From: Deltaproteobacteria bacterium | GTDB lineage: Bacteria > Desulfobacterota > BSN033 > UBA1163 | Direction: 5' to 3' | NCBI GenBank assembly: GCA_018333535.1 | Contig: JAGXTA010000003.1 | Coordinates: forward strand, 19,989 to 83,988 | DNA: 64,000 bases | In this document: piece by piece, positions 1 through 8,438 of the stretch | Layout: every line of letters begins with the position of its first letter | How positions within the stretch are numbered: position 1 is the first letter of the stretch | Made by a program: the position numbers and the translations under genes | The notes under the pieces: generated by a model | The model's input: only the letters and a program-made list of their open reading frames with translations | Database searches by the model: none | What the model was told of the DNA's origin: nothing

Positions 1-1
1 T

Positions 2-580
2 CTGGAAGAAGAAGCAAAGGAACTGGTCTGGATGGTGCAGTATAATACGATCATCAAGGCCTATGAGGTGGCGGAGAAGTATGTTAAGGAGATCGATTAT
101 TCCGCGGAAGATATCGAGGATTTTTGCTTTGCTCTCGAAACCCCCCAGAAGGTCCCCTATCTCATTCCAGGGCCAGCGGGAATCTACATCTCCGCATTGT
201 GTAATTATGCGAAAGAGGAGGAGATCGTTCTAAAGCTTTCGGAGCTGAAGACAGAGATCAATCTCATCGGGTTTAGACTGCCGAGGGGGAAACGTCTGAT
301 GGTGGAGGGGGATACGGGCGATTTCACGGGCATTGGCCTTGAAGGCGGAGAATTGCTGGTGGAGGGAAACACAAAGAACTGGACCGGAGCAGGGATGAGG
401 GCCGGCAAGATACTGGTTAAAAAGAATATCGGCCTCCATACTGGGGAGTGGATGATGGGTGGTGAAATCTACGTGGAAGGAAGGGTAAGGGGGCTTGGAA
501 ATATCGTTGAAGGAAAAGTCTACGAGAGAGATAAGCTTGTTTATCCAGGAAAGGCCCGTTTCCCCAACCAATATTATTAG
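2..580 (+). CDS. FwdC/GltB-C-like GXGXG beta-helix protein, probably 5'-truncated by the window edge
   Basis: Repeated VEGxxxxxxGxGMxGGxIxV units (VEGDTGDFTGIGLEGGELLVEGNTKNWTGAGMRAGKILV). The frame is open from position 2, upstream of the ATG at 32. Confidence 0.6.
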   Translation: MEEEAKELVWMVQYNTIIKAYEVAEKYVKEIDYSAEDIEDFCFALETPQKVPYLIPGPAGIYISALCNYAKEEEIVLKLSELKTEINLIGFRLPRGKRLMVEGDTGDFTGIGLEGGELLVEGNTKNWTGAGMRAGKILVKKNIGLHTGEWMMGGEIYVEGRVRGLGNIVEGKVYERDKLVYPGKARFPNQYY

Positions 581-587
581 GCGATCC

Positions 588-2225
588 ATGGAAGAAAAAA
601 GACTTCAAACCCTCATTGAAGAGATCTGGCCCCGGCTCAAAAGGAAACATCTCTACCCGGAGATACCCATCCCGAAGGTCGGGAAGGTCAACGATCCTCC
701 GGATGAAGGGATGGAAAAGAATGACCCCGCGTTTCGCGGGGTCGGATTGGAGATGAAAGATAAACAGTTGACCATCAACCCGTCATTTCTCTCCACCATG
801 AAGGGCAAGATGTCGGAGGAGAACCTGATTGAGGCTCTTCTCGATCATGGAATTACTCATTACACCTTCTGCCCATGGGATTTTCAGACCCATCTCGCGC
901 TCTATGCGGAAGCCAAAAAGGTGATGGGCGATAAAGAGACAGCCAAACAGGCGGCCACTCACTTTATCGATGTCATTGCCGATACCCACTGCGTTAAAAG
1001 AAGGGTTACGGAAATTCCGGAATTGCATCGAAACCTGAAAAAAGGAGCTGTCGAGGAAGTGATCGCCTCTCTTTATCAGAGAATCTGGGGAATCGATCTG
1101 GGGATTTCCTCTCCTAAAAAAGGCAACGAGGAGGTGGTTCGAAGGCTCGCGAGGATTCCTTATCTCGATCGCTCCAGGTGGACTGAAAGCATCCGGAAAT
1201 TTTCCCGGTCCCTTAAACCCCTCCTCATCCTTGAGCAGAAGGAAAAGGAATCCGGGGGCGGCAAAGGAGATTCCAACCCCCTGGGGGAACATGATCTGAA
1301 TCACTATTCGTATGAAGAGATCGATCAGGGATTAAGGGATTATGCTCAGAAGACGATGGGACTTTCAGAATTCAAAGAGGTGGTCGAGGATTTTTCTGCT
1401 GAGCTGAAAGAGATGGGGTATGGAATCGAAGGCGGAATGGGAAGGGGAAGGGGGGCTCCGATTGATGCCGATATTCTCTTTTATATGAAGCTGGCCGAAA
1501 ATTATTCCATCCCCCTGAAAAAAATCCCCCTCGAAGAGGCAGGAACCCTCCACCCTCATTCCCATTCCCCGTGGGAAGTTGGGTCCCCGTTCCAGGACAT
1601 CGACATCTGGACCAGTTTTGGGAAAATCATGCCAGGGATCACGCAGATCTGGAAGAAGAAAGAGGGAAAAGGCCGGGGAAAGATCGAAGGGGCGCCGGAC
1701 TGTCTCATCATCATCGATTCGTCCGGGAGCATGATCAATCCTCGGAAAAACCTTTCCTATGCGGTTTTAGGGGCCGCCTGTGTCACCAATGCCTACCTGA
1801 GGAACCATTCAAAGGTGGCGGTCTATAATTTCAGCGATGCCCCTATGGGAGGCCGAGAGGTGCTCGATTATACCACCCACCGTGAAGAAGTCTACCGAAC
1901 GCTATGCAAATATTTCGGAGGTGGAACGGCATTGGATCTCGAAGATATCATGCCCATGATTAAGAAGAAGAAAGAGCTGGATCTCTTCATCATTACGGAT
2001 ATGAAGATTACCAACTTGGAGACCTTGATCGGGTTCTTCGGAAAGATCCAGAACAGGATCACCGCCGTCCATATCGGAGAAAATCCTTATGCTTCACGAT
2101 TCGAAAAGGCGGTGGAGAAAAGAAAGAATATCAACATCTTCACGGTAAAAAAGAAGGAAGATATTCCCCATATTGTTTTAGGAAGCATTCGGGAATATTT
2201 TAACCCGATTCATAAAGCCCGTTGA
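588..2225 (+). CDS. VWA-domain protein with N-terminal metallopeptidase-like region
   Basis: MIDAS DSSGS, GGGT and LFIITD motifs. N-terminal DHGITH resembles HExxH. ATG 588 follows the upstream stop at 580. Confidence 0.75.
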   Translation: MEEKRLQTLIEEIWPRLKRKHLYPEIPIPKVGKVNDPPDEGMEKNDPAFRGVGLEMKDKQLTINPSFLSTMKGKMSEENLIEALLDHGITHYTFCPWDFQTHLALYAEAKKVMGDKETAKQAATHFIDVIADTHCVKRRVTEIPELHRNLKKGAVEEVIASLYQRIWGIDLGISSPKKGNEEVVRRLARIPYLDRSRWTESIRKFSRSLKPLLILEQKEKESGGGKGDSNPLGEHDLNHYSYEEIDQGLRDYAQKTMGLSEFKEVVEDFSAELKEMGYGIEGGMGRGRGAPIDADILFYMKLAENYSIPLKKIPLEEAGTLHPHSHSPWEVGSPFQDIDIWTSFGKIMPGITQIWKKKEGKGRGKIEGAPDCLIIIDSSGSMINPRKNLSYAVLGAACVTNAYLRNHSKVAVYNFSDAPMGGREVLDYTTHREEVYRTLCKYFGGGTALDLEDIMPMIKKKKELDLFIITDMKITNLETLIGFFGKIQNRITAVHIGENPYASRFEKAVEKRKNINIFTVKKKEDIPHIVLGSIREYFNPIHKAR

Positions 2226-2546
2226 AGTCATCGAGAGGTCCATAAAAAACCTTGGCTCTCATCCTTAAAATCCTGTAAGTTAGCTAAAAGTTCAGCTAAT
2301 CCAATGAACTGAAGGGATTTCAAAGAGCGAAGCACATTATCGTTTTTAAATATCTAATGAGGCGACCTTCCGGAAGAATACAGATAACAAGTTGAAAATA
2401 TTAACTTGCTGATTGATTAAAAATTAGGCAAATTGTAAAAGAATTTAAGCGGCACGTCCTTTTAAAACCAAAAATTTTAAGTTATCAACAGGGTTTAAAC
2501 AAAAAATGTGGGAAATAAGGCTAGCCATTTAGAATCATTTGATAAA

Positions 2547-2645
2547 TAGAAAAGGGATCAGTTAGAGGAGGGCTTTAACTGATCCCGGCCAGTACATCAA
2601 TTGGGGGTGAAACAATGAGGTGATATGATTTGATGTACTGTTTGC
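2547..2645 (-). ncRNA. Candidate small RNA with two hairpins and C-rich loops
   Basis: Two perfect 11-bp stems (2590-2600/2630-2640 and 2554-2564/2576-2586), a minus-strand U-tract after the second, and a minus-strand extended -10 (TGtTAAAAT) just upstream. Confidence 0.5.
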
Positions 2646-2692
2646 ATTTATTTTAACAGATAACAGAAAAATATCAAATTTTAATTGTTTTT

Positions 2693-2716
2693 TGGCACAG
2701 GATTTGCTGATATAAT
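2693..2716 (+). promoter_or_regulatory. Overlapping sigma54 (-24/-12) and extended -10 promoters
   Basis: TGGCACAGGATTTGC (GG-N10-GC) at 2693-2707. TGaTATAAT at 2708-2716, 6 nt before the ATG at 2723. Confidence 0.6.
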
Positions 2717-2722
2717 TCAATT

Positions 2723-3250
2723 ATGAAGATTTTCTTCCTTATCATTCTTTTTATTTTTATTTCAACTCCTGGATACGCCCAGGTTTATAAATGGGTGGAC
2801 GATAAAGGGGTGGTCCATTTTACTGATGATGTGACCAAAATCCCTGATAAATATAGGCCTAAAACTGATAAGATTGGAATGTCCGAAGAAAAAAGCGAAA
2901 CAAAAACAGGGACAGATCCATCTCCGAAAAGAAAGGAAGACGCCTATAAAGACCAGCTGGGCAGGGGCGAGGAATACTGGAAGAACAGGGTCGAGGAATG
3001 GAAAAAGAAAATGAGAATGGCTCAGGAAAAAATGGAAGGGGCAAGGATAACATATAATGAATTGACAGAAAAGTTTAATGATTCAAAGAGTTCGGCAGAG
3101 AGAAACCATCTCAGGAGAGAAAGAGATCAGGTCAAACAAGAGATGGATCAGTATAAAAAACAACTTGAAGAAGCCAAGACCATGCTTGAAAAGAAGATAC
3201 CCGAAGAAGCAGATATCTATAAAGCGAAGCAGGAATGGATCAAGCAGTGA
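2723..3250 (+). CDS. DUF4124 secreted protein with C-terminal coiled coil
   Basis: Signal peptide followed by QVYKWVDDKGVVHFTDD. Confidence 0.8.
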   Translation: MKIFFLIILFIFISTPGYAQVYKWVDDKGVVHFTDDVTKIPDKYRPKTDKIGMSEEKSETKTGTDPSPKRKEDAYKDQLGRGEEYWKNRVEEWKKKMRMAQEKMEGARITYNELTEKFNDSKSSAERNHLRRERDQVKQEMDQYKKQLEEAKTMLEKKIPEEADIYKAKQEWIKQ

Positions 3251-3287
3251 AAAGATTTCATAGAAGCGTAAAAATGTACTTAACCAA

Positions 3288-3398
3288 TAAAAAGTTGATA
3301 ACCATTTGTTTTTTAAACTATATTCATTTCTACAACCTTTTTTTCAAAGTTATTTAAGAAGAATCATTTAAATAATTCGAAATTGGTATCATTTTTGC
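3288..3398 (+). promoter_or_regulatory. Sigma54 promoter with upstream IHF site
   Basis: TGGTATCATTTTTGC at 3384-3398. TATCAActttTTA (WATCAANNNNTTR) on the minus strand at 3288-3300. Confidence 0.55.
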
Positions 3399-3521
3399 GA
3401 ATTGATGATTTTACCAGTTTTGACCAAATATGACCATTCACATGGTAAAAAATTAGCCAAATTAAATCCAAACCTTTAATATCAAGAGAATGGCATTAAA
3501 AATGCAGTTATTAAAGTTGAT

Positions 3522-3908
3522 ATGAATAACCAAACGACAACAGAAAGAAAGATGGGCATACTTGCCGTTGAAAAGAGGCGGTATCCAAGATATACCGCCG
3601 AATTTCCCATGGACTATGCACGGATCGATGACAAGGGGACTTATGGCGGAATGGTAGCCAATGTGAGCGAAGGAGGGTTATTGGTCTACCTACCCCAACG
3701 GATGGAGATGGGATCTGTCTTAAAAATCGAAATCCTTTATGTCCAGGGTTTGGAATTTAACACGATCAAGGCTGTTGCCAAAATCGTTTGGTCTGACCTG
3801 ACGGCAAAAGAGAGCTACGGAGAGTATCGGTATGGTCTGCAATTTCTCCATATCGAAGAGAAGGAATTCGACAGATTGATCAATCTGCTAAAGGAGATCG
3901 GTAAATGA
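3522..3908 (+). CDS. Stand-alone PilZ domain protein
   Basis: RRYPR and NVSEGG c-di-GMP motifs, C-terminal YGLQF. Confidence 0.85.
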   Translation: MNNQTTTERKMGILAVEKRRYPRYTAEFPMDYARIDDKGTYGGMVANVSEGGLLVYLPQRMEMGSVLKIEILYVQGLEFNTIKAVAKIVWSDLTAKESYGEYRYGLQFLHIEEKEFDRLINLLKEIGK

Positions 3909-4128
3909 AAAGATGATCCCTGGATCATGAACAGTCCCGACCCATCCTGCTTGCCATTCCACGTTGTTTCAAACCCCTCTCTTAAAAAATTAAAAAAACC
4001 TCTTGAACTTTTTAAAAAAATTAATAAGAATAGAGTAGGTTTATGGATAGCAGAGGTGGGGAGAACGCCTATCCTTTTTTACGAGAAATCGAACCCTAAT
4101 ATAACAGGACACTAATACAAAAGGAATA

Positions 4129-6033
4129 ATGGTTCAATCTCATATGAAAGACGAAACGTATCGAGTCATCCTTCATCGAATCGGGGAAAATACCGAAGAG
4201 GAGAAGGCCCGTTTTTGCGAGGAGGTCTCAGAAAATCATGGGATCCCTCTCGACCTGATGAGAAAAATCGCTGATCGCTGTCCCATTGTCATTAAAAAAG
4301 ACCTCCCATTTAAAAAGGCTGAAATGTTGGCGATTGCCTTTAAATCATCCGGGGCCTCTGTCTCAGTGGAAAGAAAACGGGATTTGCCACCTATTTCCCT
4401 CGAGCTCATCACTGGAGGAACCTATCGTTTGGGATTGGAGTCGACCAGCCTCCGAAAGTCTCCCGGGGGAGCATGGCAGGTTTTCGGAAGGATTAAAAAT
4501 ATCTCTACCGAAGAACTCCGTGATGTCTGGACTCTGATTCAACTTTTTGACGAATATGAAGAGTTGGTCACCTTCGAAGAGATCCCTCTTCCCATCAATC
4601 CACTTCCTCCCAATGAATCTTCTCCGTTAAAGGCTATTTTTGAAGGGGACCTTCCTTTGCAGAAAGTTTCCATCGCTTTTAAGAACGCAGCAGGGAATCC
4701 GCTTCCGGCTATGGATAAGAGACAGAAGAAAGAATGGGTGGAGGTGAAAATTTCTGAGATCGGGGTAAGAAGTCGACCCCCTTCTTTGGTTGAAATATCT
4801 GAAGAGGTTCTTCACACCTTTGAGCTTCAACCCCCTCTTGTTCCCGAAGAGGGCGAAGAGAAGCCGGAAAGAGAAGGGGCTCTGATCGAAATCACACTGC
4901 CTGAAACGGAGGAAATCCCTTTAACGTCAAAAGAAAAAATAAAAAGCTCCGGAGAGGAGTTGGCTCTGGTTTTCTTTGAAAAAGACAGACAGCCATTAGA
5001 GGAGGAGAAAGAAAAAGAAGACGAGAGATTTCAAACGGTGGTCGGAGAGGATCGCTTACGGGAAGTGATTCATACTCTTAGGACCGAGGAAAGCTCTGAA
5101 GAAGAGCTTTATCTCGATGATCTTGCCGAAGATCGAATGGAGGATTTCCGCCAGATTGAATCAAGCCTCTCCTCATTTGAAATAGAAGAACCTGTCGCAG
5201 AAGAAAAAGCGGCAACCGTTGAAATAAAAACGGAGGAGGAAACATCTCTTTATCCCTGGTTGGAAGACTTCAAAAAAGGGATTGAGGCCTATGATCAAAC
5301 GAATCGGAACCCCTTCTTAATCTGGTTTGAAAATCTCCAGGAGGAAAAGCAATGGGGGGGCGTCTACCCGTCTCTCTTAACCCTATTGATTTACGCCCGC
5401 TTCAATCAAACTCCTTCCTCGGATACAGCGCTCGAAAATACTCAGAAGGTGTACCATCTGACCATCCAAGCGGACCAGTCCTACGAGGAATTCCCTCCCC
5501 TGAAAGGGGATCTCTTCTTTCCGTCAGATGTTTGGAGAGACCTATACATCAGGGCCATTCCTAAACTTCAGGAAGTGTCCCGTCGGATGATGGAGGGAAA
5601 GAATTGGGTCACATCCGATCTGGATCGACTCATTCGCGTCATCCCTCACATGACTGCACGGAATAGCCGTTGGGCCATTCGTGCCATCCATCACTGGATC
5701 CCAGGGATCATCCCTGATGTTTCAGATATGCCCATTGATATCACTGAAGGTCTCTACCGGGTGGCTTCCCGATTAGGCGTGATCAATCCCTTATTCGATT
5801 ATTATCAGGGGAAAAATTCAACGGGTGATCTGAGACTTCAATCCTTTGCAAGAGTTGCCTTTCCTGAGGATCCGGGAAAAATTGAGGAGCCGATGAGCCG
5901 ATTAGGAGCAACAGACGAAGGAGGGCATTGTTTGCCAACCCAACCTCAATGCCAGGACTGCCCCTTCGAGAGCTTCTGCCAAAAACGTTTTATCGATTTT
6001 GACCCGGCGGAAAAAGGGATGATTCTTCAATAA
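4129..6033 (+). CDS. Multidomain protein: L7/L12-like N-terminus, Ig-like (FxLYD-like) domain, acidic linker, degenerate HhH-GPD/endonuclease III-like C-terminus with 4Fe-4S motif
   Basis: CLPTQPQCQDCPFESFC matches C-X6-C-X2-C-X5-C. LYRVASRLG resembles the Nth segment. RBS aagga. Confidence 0.6.
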   Translation: MVQSHMKDETYRVILHRIGENTEEEKARFCEEVSENHGIPLDLMRKIADRCPIVIKKDLPFKKAEMLAIAFKSSGASVSVERKRDLPPISLELITGGTYRLGLESTSLRKSPGGAWQVFGRIKNISTEELRDVWTLIQLFDEYEELVTFEEIPLPINPLPPNESSPLKAIFEGDLPLQKVSIAFKNAAGNPLPAMDKRQKKEWVEVKISEIGVRSRPPSLVEISEEVLHTFELQPPLVPEEGEEKPEREGALIEITLPETEEIPLTSKEKIKSSGEELALVFFEKDRQPLEEEKEKEDERFQTVVGEDRLREVIHTLRTEESSEEELYLDDLAEDRMEDFRQIESSLSSFEIEEPVAEEKAATVEIKTEEETSLYPWLEDFKKGIEAYDQTNRNPFLIWFENLQEEKQWGGVYPSLLTLLIYARFNQTPSSDTALENTQKVYHLTIQADQSYEEFPPLKGDLFFPSDVWRDLYIRAIPKLQEVSRRMMEGKNWVTSDLDRLIRVIPHMTARNSRWAIRAIHHWIPGIIPDVSDMPIDITEGLYRVASRLGVINPLFDYYQGKNSTGDLRLQSFARVAFPEDPGKIEEPMSRLGATDEGGHCLPTQPQCQDCPFESFCQKRFIDFDPAEKGMILQ

Positions 6034-6056
6034 GGGTAGAACATTGGAGGAACGGA

Positions 6057-6446
6057 ATGGAGAAGTTGAAATCGATGAATGACAGAAGAAAATCCCAGAG
6101 AATGATACTGGACTTGCCCCTTGAATACCGCGTGATGGATGCGACTTATGGCCACGGAGGATTAGTGGTCAATGCAAGTGAACTGGGACTCCTTGTTCAA
6201 TCTATAAAAAACCTCCCCATTGGGACAAAATTAAATATAGCGGTCTTATTCCCCAAGGGATTTGAATTGGCCAACTTCGAAGTTCTGGCAGAGATCATCT
6301 GGAAGGACCTCCATTGGGAAGAGGATTGGGAGGGATATAAGTACGGGTTAAGATTCCTGCAGATTCTCGATAACGAGTATTGGAAATTAAAACAGCTATT
6401 AGACGACCAATTTCATTTGGAGGAGGTCCAGCGAAATTATCGATAG
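6057..6446 (+). CDS. Stand-alone PilZ domain protein
   Basis: RRKSQR, NASELG and YGLRF motifs; RBS ggagga. Confidence 0.85.
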   Translation: MEKLKSMNDRRKSQRMILDLPLEYRVMDATYGHGGLVVNASELGLLVQSIKNLPIGTKLNIAVLFPKGFELANFEVLAEIIWKDLHWEEDWEGYKYGLRFLQILDNEYWKLKQLLDDQFHLEEVQRNYR

Positions 6447-6459
6447 GGACAGGGGGGGG

Positions 6460-6846
6460 ATGACAGAGAAAAAGAATGGAAAACCTCGCATCGGAATTGC
6501 CAATATTGAAAGAAGGAAGTACCCGCGCTTTTCAATCGACCTGCCGATAGAATACCATTCAATCAGCTCTCCCGTCAGCCATGCCGGCCGGGCGCTCAAT
6601 GCGAGCGAAGGAGGATTGCTGGTGTACCTTCCGGAAAAGATGACCGTCGGCCAACACCTTGCCCTGAAGCTCTTCTTCCACTGCGGCGCTCAAATGAATA
6701 TCATCGAGATGACAGGAGAAGTCATCTGGATGGATATCCACCTGGACATGAACTGGGGGGATTATCGAACGGGCTTGAAGCTGATTGATATCTCTCCCGA
6801 AAATGTTCAACGACTGAAAGACTTCCTGCTATCCCTTACAAAGTAA
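6460..6846 (+). CDS. Stand-alone PilZ domain protein
   Basis: ERRKYPR and NASEGG motifs. Confidence 0.85.
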   Translation: MTEKKNGKPRIGIANIERRKYPRFSIDLPIEYHSISSPVSHAGRALNASEGGLLVYLPEKMTVGQHLALKLFFHCGAQMNIIEMTGEVIWMDIHLDMNWGDYRTGLKLIDISPENVQRLKDFLLSLTK

Positions 6847-6926
6847 AATCCCATCAGACAATCCATCGGTGCATTGAACCCTGCTCGAGTGATTTAGAAT
6901 GTAGCCCCGCCGAAGAACACGGGACA

Positions 6927-7159
6927 TTATTGTCTCACTCGGGGAGAAAAACCCTCGCCTTTCCGCCGGAGGCGGATCCGCTTTTTGCGGACAGGCGAAG
7001 ACTTTAGTATGCACACTGTGTGCAGGTTTTTTAGATTTCCCCTCGTGAGGATTTCTGTGCTGTTTGTTTTGTCTTTTCCGCCAGAGGCGGATCCGCTCCT
7101 GGCGGAAGCTGACTTCAGTCAGTAGAGAATCCACCAGCTTGTAGCTGGTGGTAGTTCAA
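6927..7159 (-). mobile_element. Non-autonomous IS200/IS605-like palindrome-ended element with two nested REP-like palindromes
   Basis: Minus strand begins TTGAACTACCACCAGCTACAAGCTGGTGG..GACTGAAGTC and ends ACTAAAGTC..GAGACAATAA, as I recall IS200-type ends. No tnpA is present. CCGCCRGAGGCGGATCCGC palindromes at 6962-6991 and 7076-7107. Confidence 0.55.
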
Positions 7160-7253
7160 TTCTTATAAGATAAATCCAAGTTTTTCTTACCTGTTTAAAT
7201 CTTCTTGTCAAAAAGAGAAATAGGACTTATAATTTTTTAAAAGGAGTAGAACA

Positions 7254-7442
7254 ATGAGCGGAAAAAGCAGCTTTCCATACCGCAAATTTGACAGGAAGCC
7301 ACATCCCCATATCGTCAAACAGATCTTAGAGGATGAGGAACTGGTTGAGATGATGAAGGAGATGCTCGTTAAGGAAGGCAAACCCTGTCCTTTTTGCCAC
7401 CGAAAACTGAAGGATGAAGTAAAGGCCCGGGAGATCTGGTAA
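7254..7442 (+). CDS. Small hypothetical protein (62 aa) with CPFC motif
   Basis: Strong RBS aaggag, clean ORF in otherwise intergenic space. Confidence 0.6.
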   Translation: MSGKSSFPYRKFDRKPHPHIVKQILEDEELVEMMKEMLVKEGKPCPFCHRKLKDEVKAREIW

Positions 7443-7471
7443 TCATTGCCGGCCTGAGAACAACTCATTCC

Positions 7472-7813
7472 CTACATATTTTCGTCCGGGAATTCCCTGG
7501 TAAAAGAAAATTTTAAAGGATTGAGCATAAGCATTTTTGCTGAATCTTTTACTGCATTTGCAGGCTTATCTCCTTTTCGCGAGAAAATATCAACCGTAAG
7601 GGTAAAAGGAAGTGAAACGGAAAAAAGCCCCAATCCCACAACCGCTGCAGCAACCCCTAAGGGTCTTGCAACTATTAAATCAATCGTATTCCATTCGTCT
7701 GTAAATGGATCATCCTTTTTCCATTTATCCGAGGCCAATGCATTCGGATAAATACTTCCCATTATCATTGCGGAAATCAAAAGCATTGAAAAGGCTTTTT
7801 TATATCTCTTCAT
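7472..7813 (-). CDS. Exported/membrane hypothetical protein
   Basis: Signal peptide, hydrophobic DLIVARPLG..SLPFT segment, RBS aaaggagg and its own promoter. Confidence 0.75.
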   Translation of the reverse strand: MKRYKKAFSMLLISAMIMGSIYPNALASDKWKKDDPFTDEWNTIDLIVARPLGVAAAVVGLGLFSVSLPFTLTVDIFSRKGDKPANAVKDSAKMLMLNPLKFSFTREFPDENM

Positions 7814-7839
7814 ATGCGCCTCCTTTCAAGTTTGAAAAA

Positions 7840-7868
7840 ATCATATCAGAACTTGACGTCTTTGTCAA
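7840..7868 (-). promoter_or_regulatory. Sigma70 promoter of the 7813-7472 gene
   Basis: TTGACA-N17-TATGAT with an extended TG. Confidence 0.75.
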
Positions 7869-8190
7869 TCATTTCAAAGAAATAGGCGGTTGAGGCAAAA
7901 AGGAGGGCGTTAACGCAAGGTTTTCATCAACCAGACAGAAATGATTTTAGCGATGAATAACTTGATTATCAGGAGATGAATCTTCAAAAGATAAAGATTG
8001 GCAAGTGTTTCTTCCTTGATTACTCTAAACATCTGTCAACACCTCTTAAACTCCAGCCCGCATAATGATAAAGTGAATGATCATAAACCCTGACCATGGC
8101 AGGAACAGGGGTTGATTTAAAAAAAAGGAGGAGGAAAGGGGAGATGAGTTTTTGAATCGTGTTCATCAATTGAATCATACAAGATATGAC

Positions 8191-8206
8191 TGCAACAATC
8201 CTGCCA
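8191..8206 (-). promoter_or_regulatory. Sigma54 promoter on the minus strand
   Basis: TGGCAGGATTGTTGCA (GG-N10-GC). A TGACA-N5-TGTCA palindrome lies upstream at 8283-8297. Confidence 0.6.
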
Positions 8207-8367
8207 AACCCAGAATGATACGACTACTTATTGATATCATTAAATATTTCCAATAACTCTTTTTAAAATGTTTTGAGTTTTGTGACATAGATTGTCAATA
8301 AATTGAAAAAGGGTCAGTTCCGGAAAGAGAGTGAAAAGGAGTCTTTCAGAGCTCTCTGAAAAAATCC

Positions 8368-8396
8368 TTGACAACCGGGAAGAAAATCGTTATTTA
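8368..8396 (+). promoter_or_regulatory. Possible sigma70 promoter of the HNH gene
   Basis: TTGACA-N17-TATTTA. Confidence 0.4.
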
Positions 8397-8438
8397 ACCT
8401 TAAAATTCAACAGGAATCTCAGATCATCTTCATAAGTT

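Noticed and set aside
2-580. FwdC as evidence of a formylmethanofuran dehydrogenase or methanogenesis
   Set aside because: Only the generic GXGXG repeats are present and no other fwd subunits follow.
6829-7134. 101-aa minus-strand ORF
   Set aside because: It is a translation of the palindromic element and has no RBS or domain.
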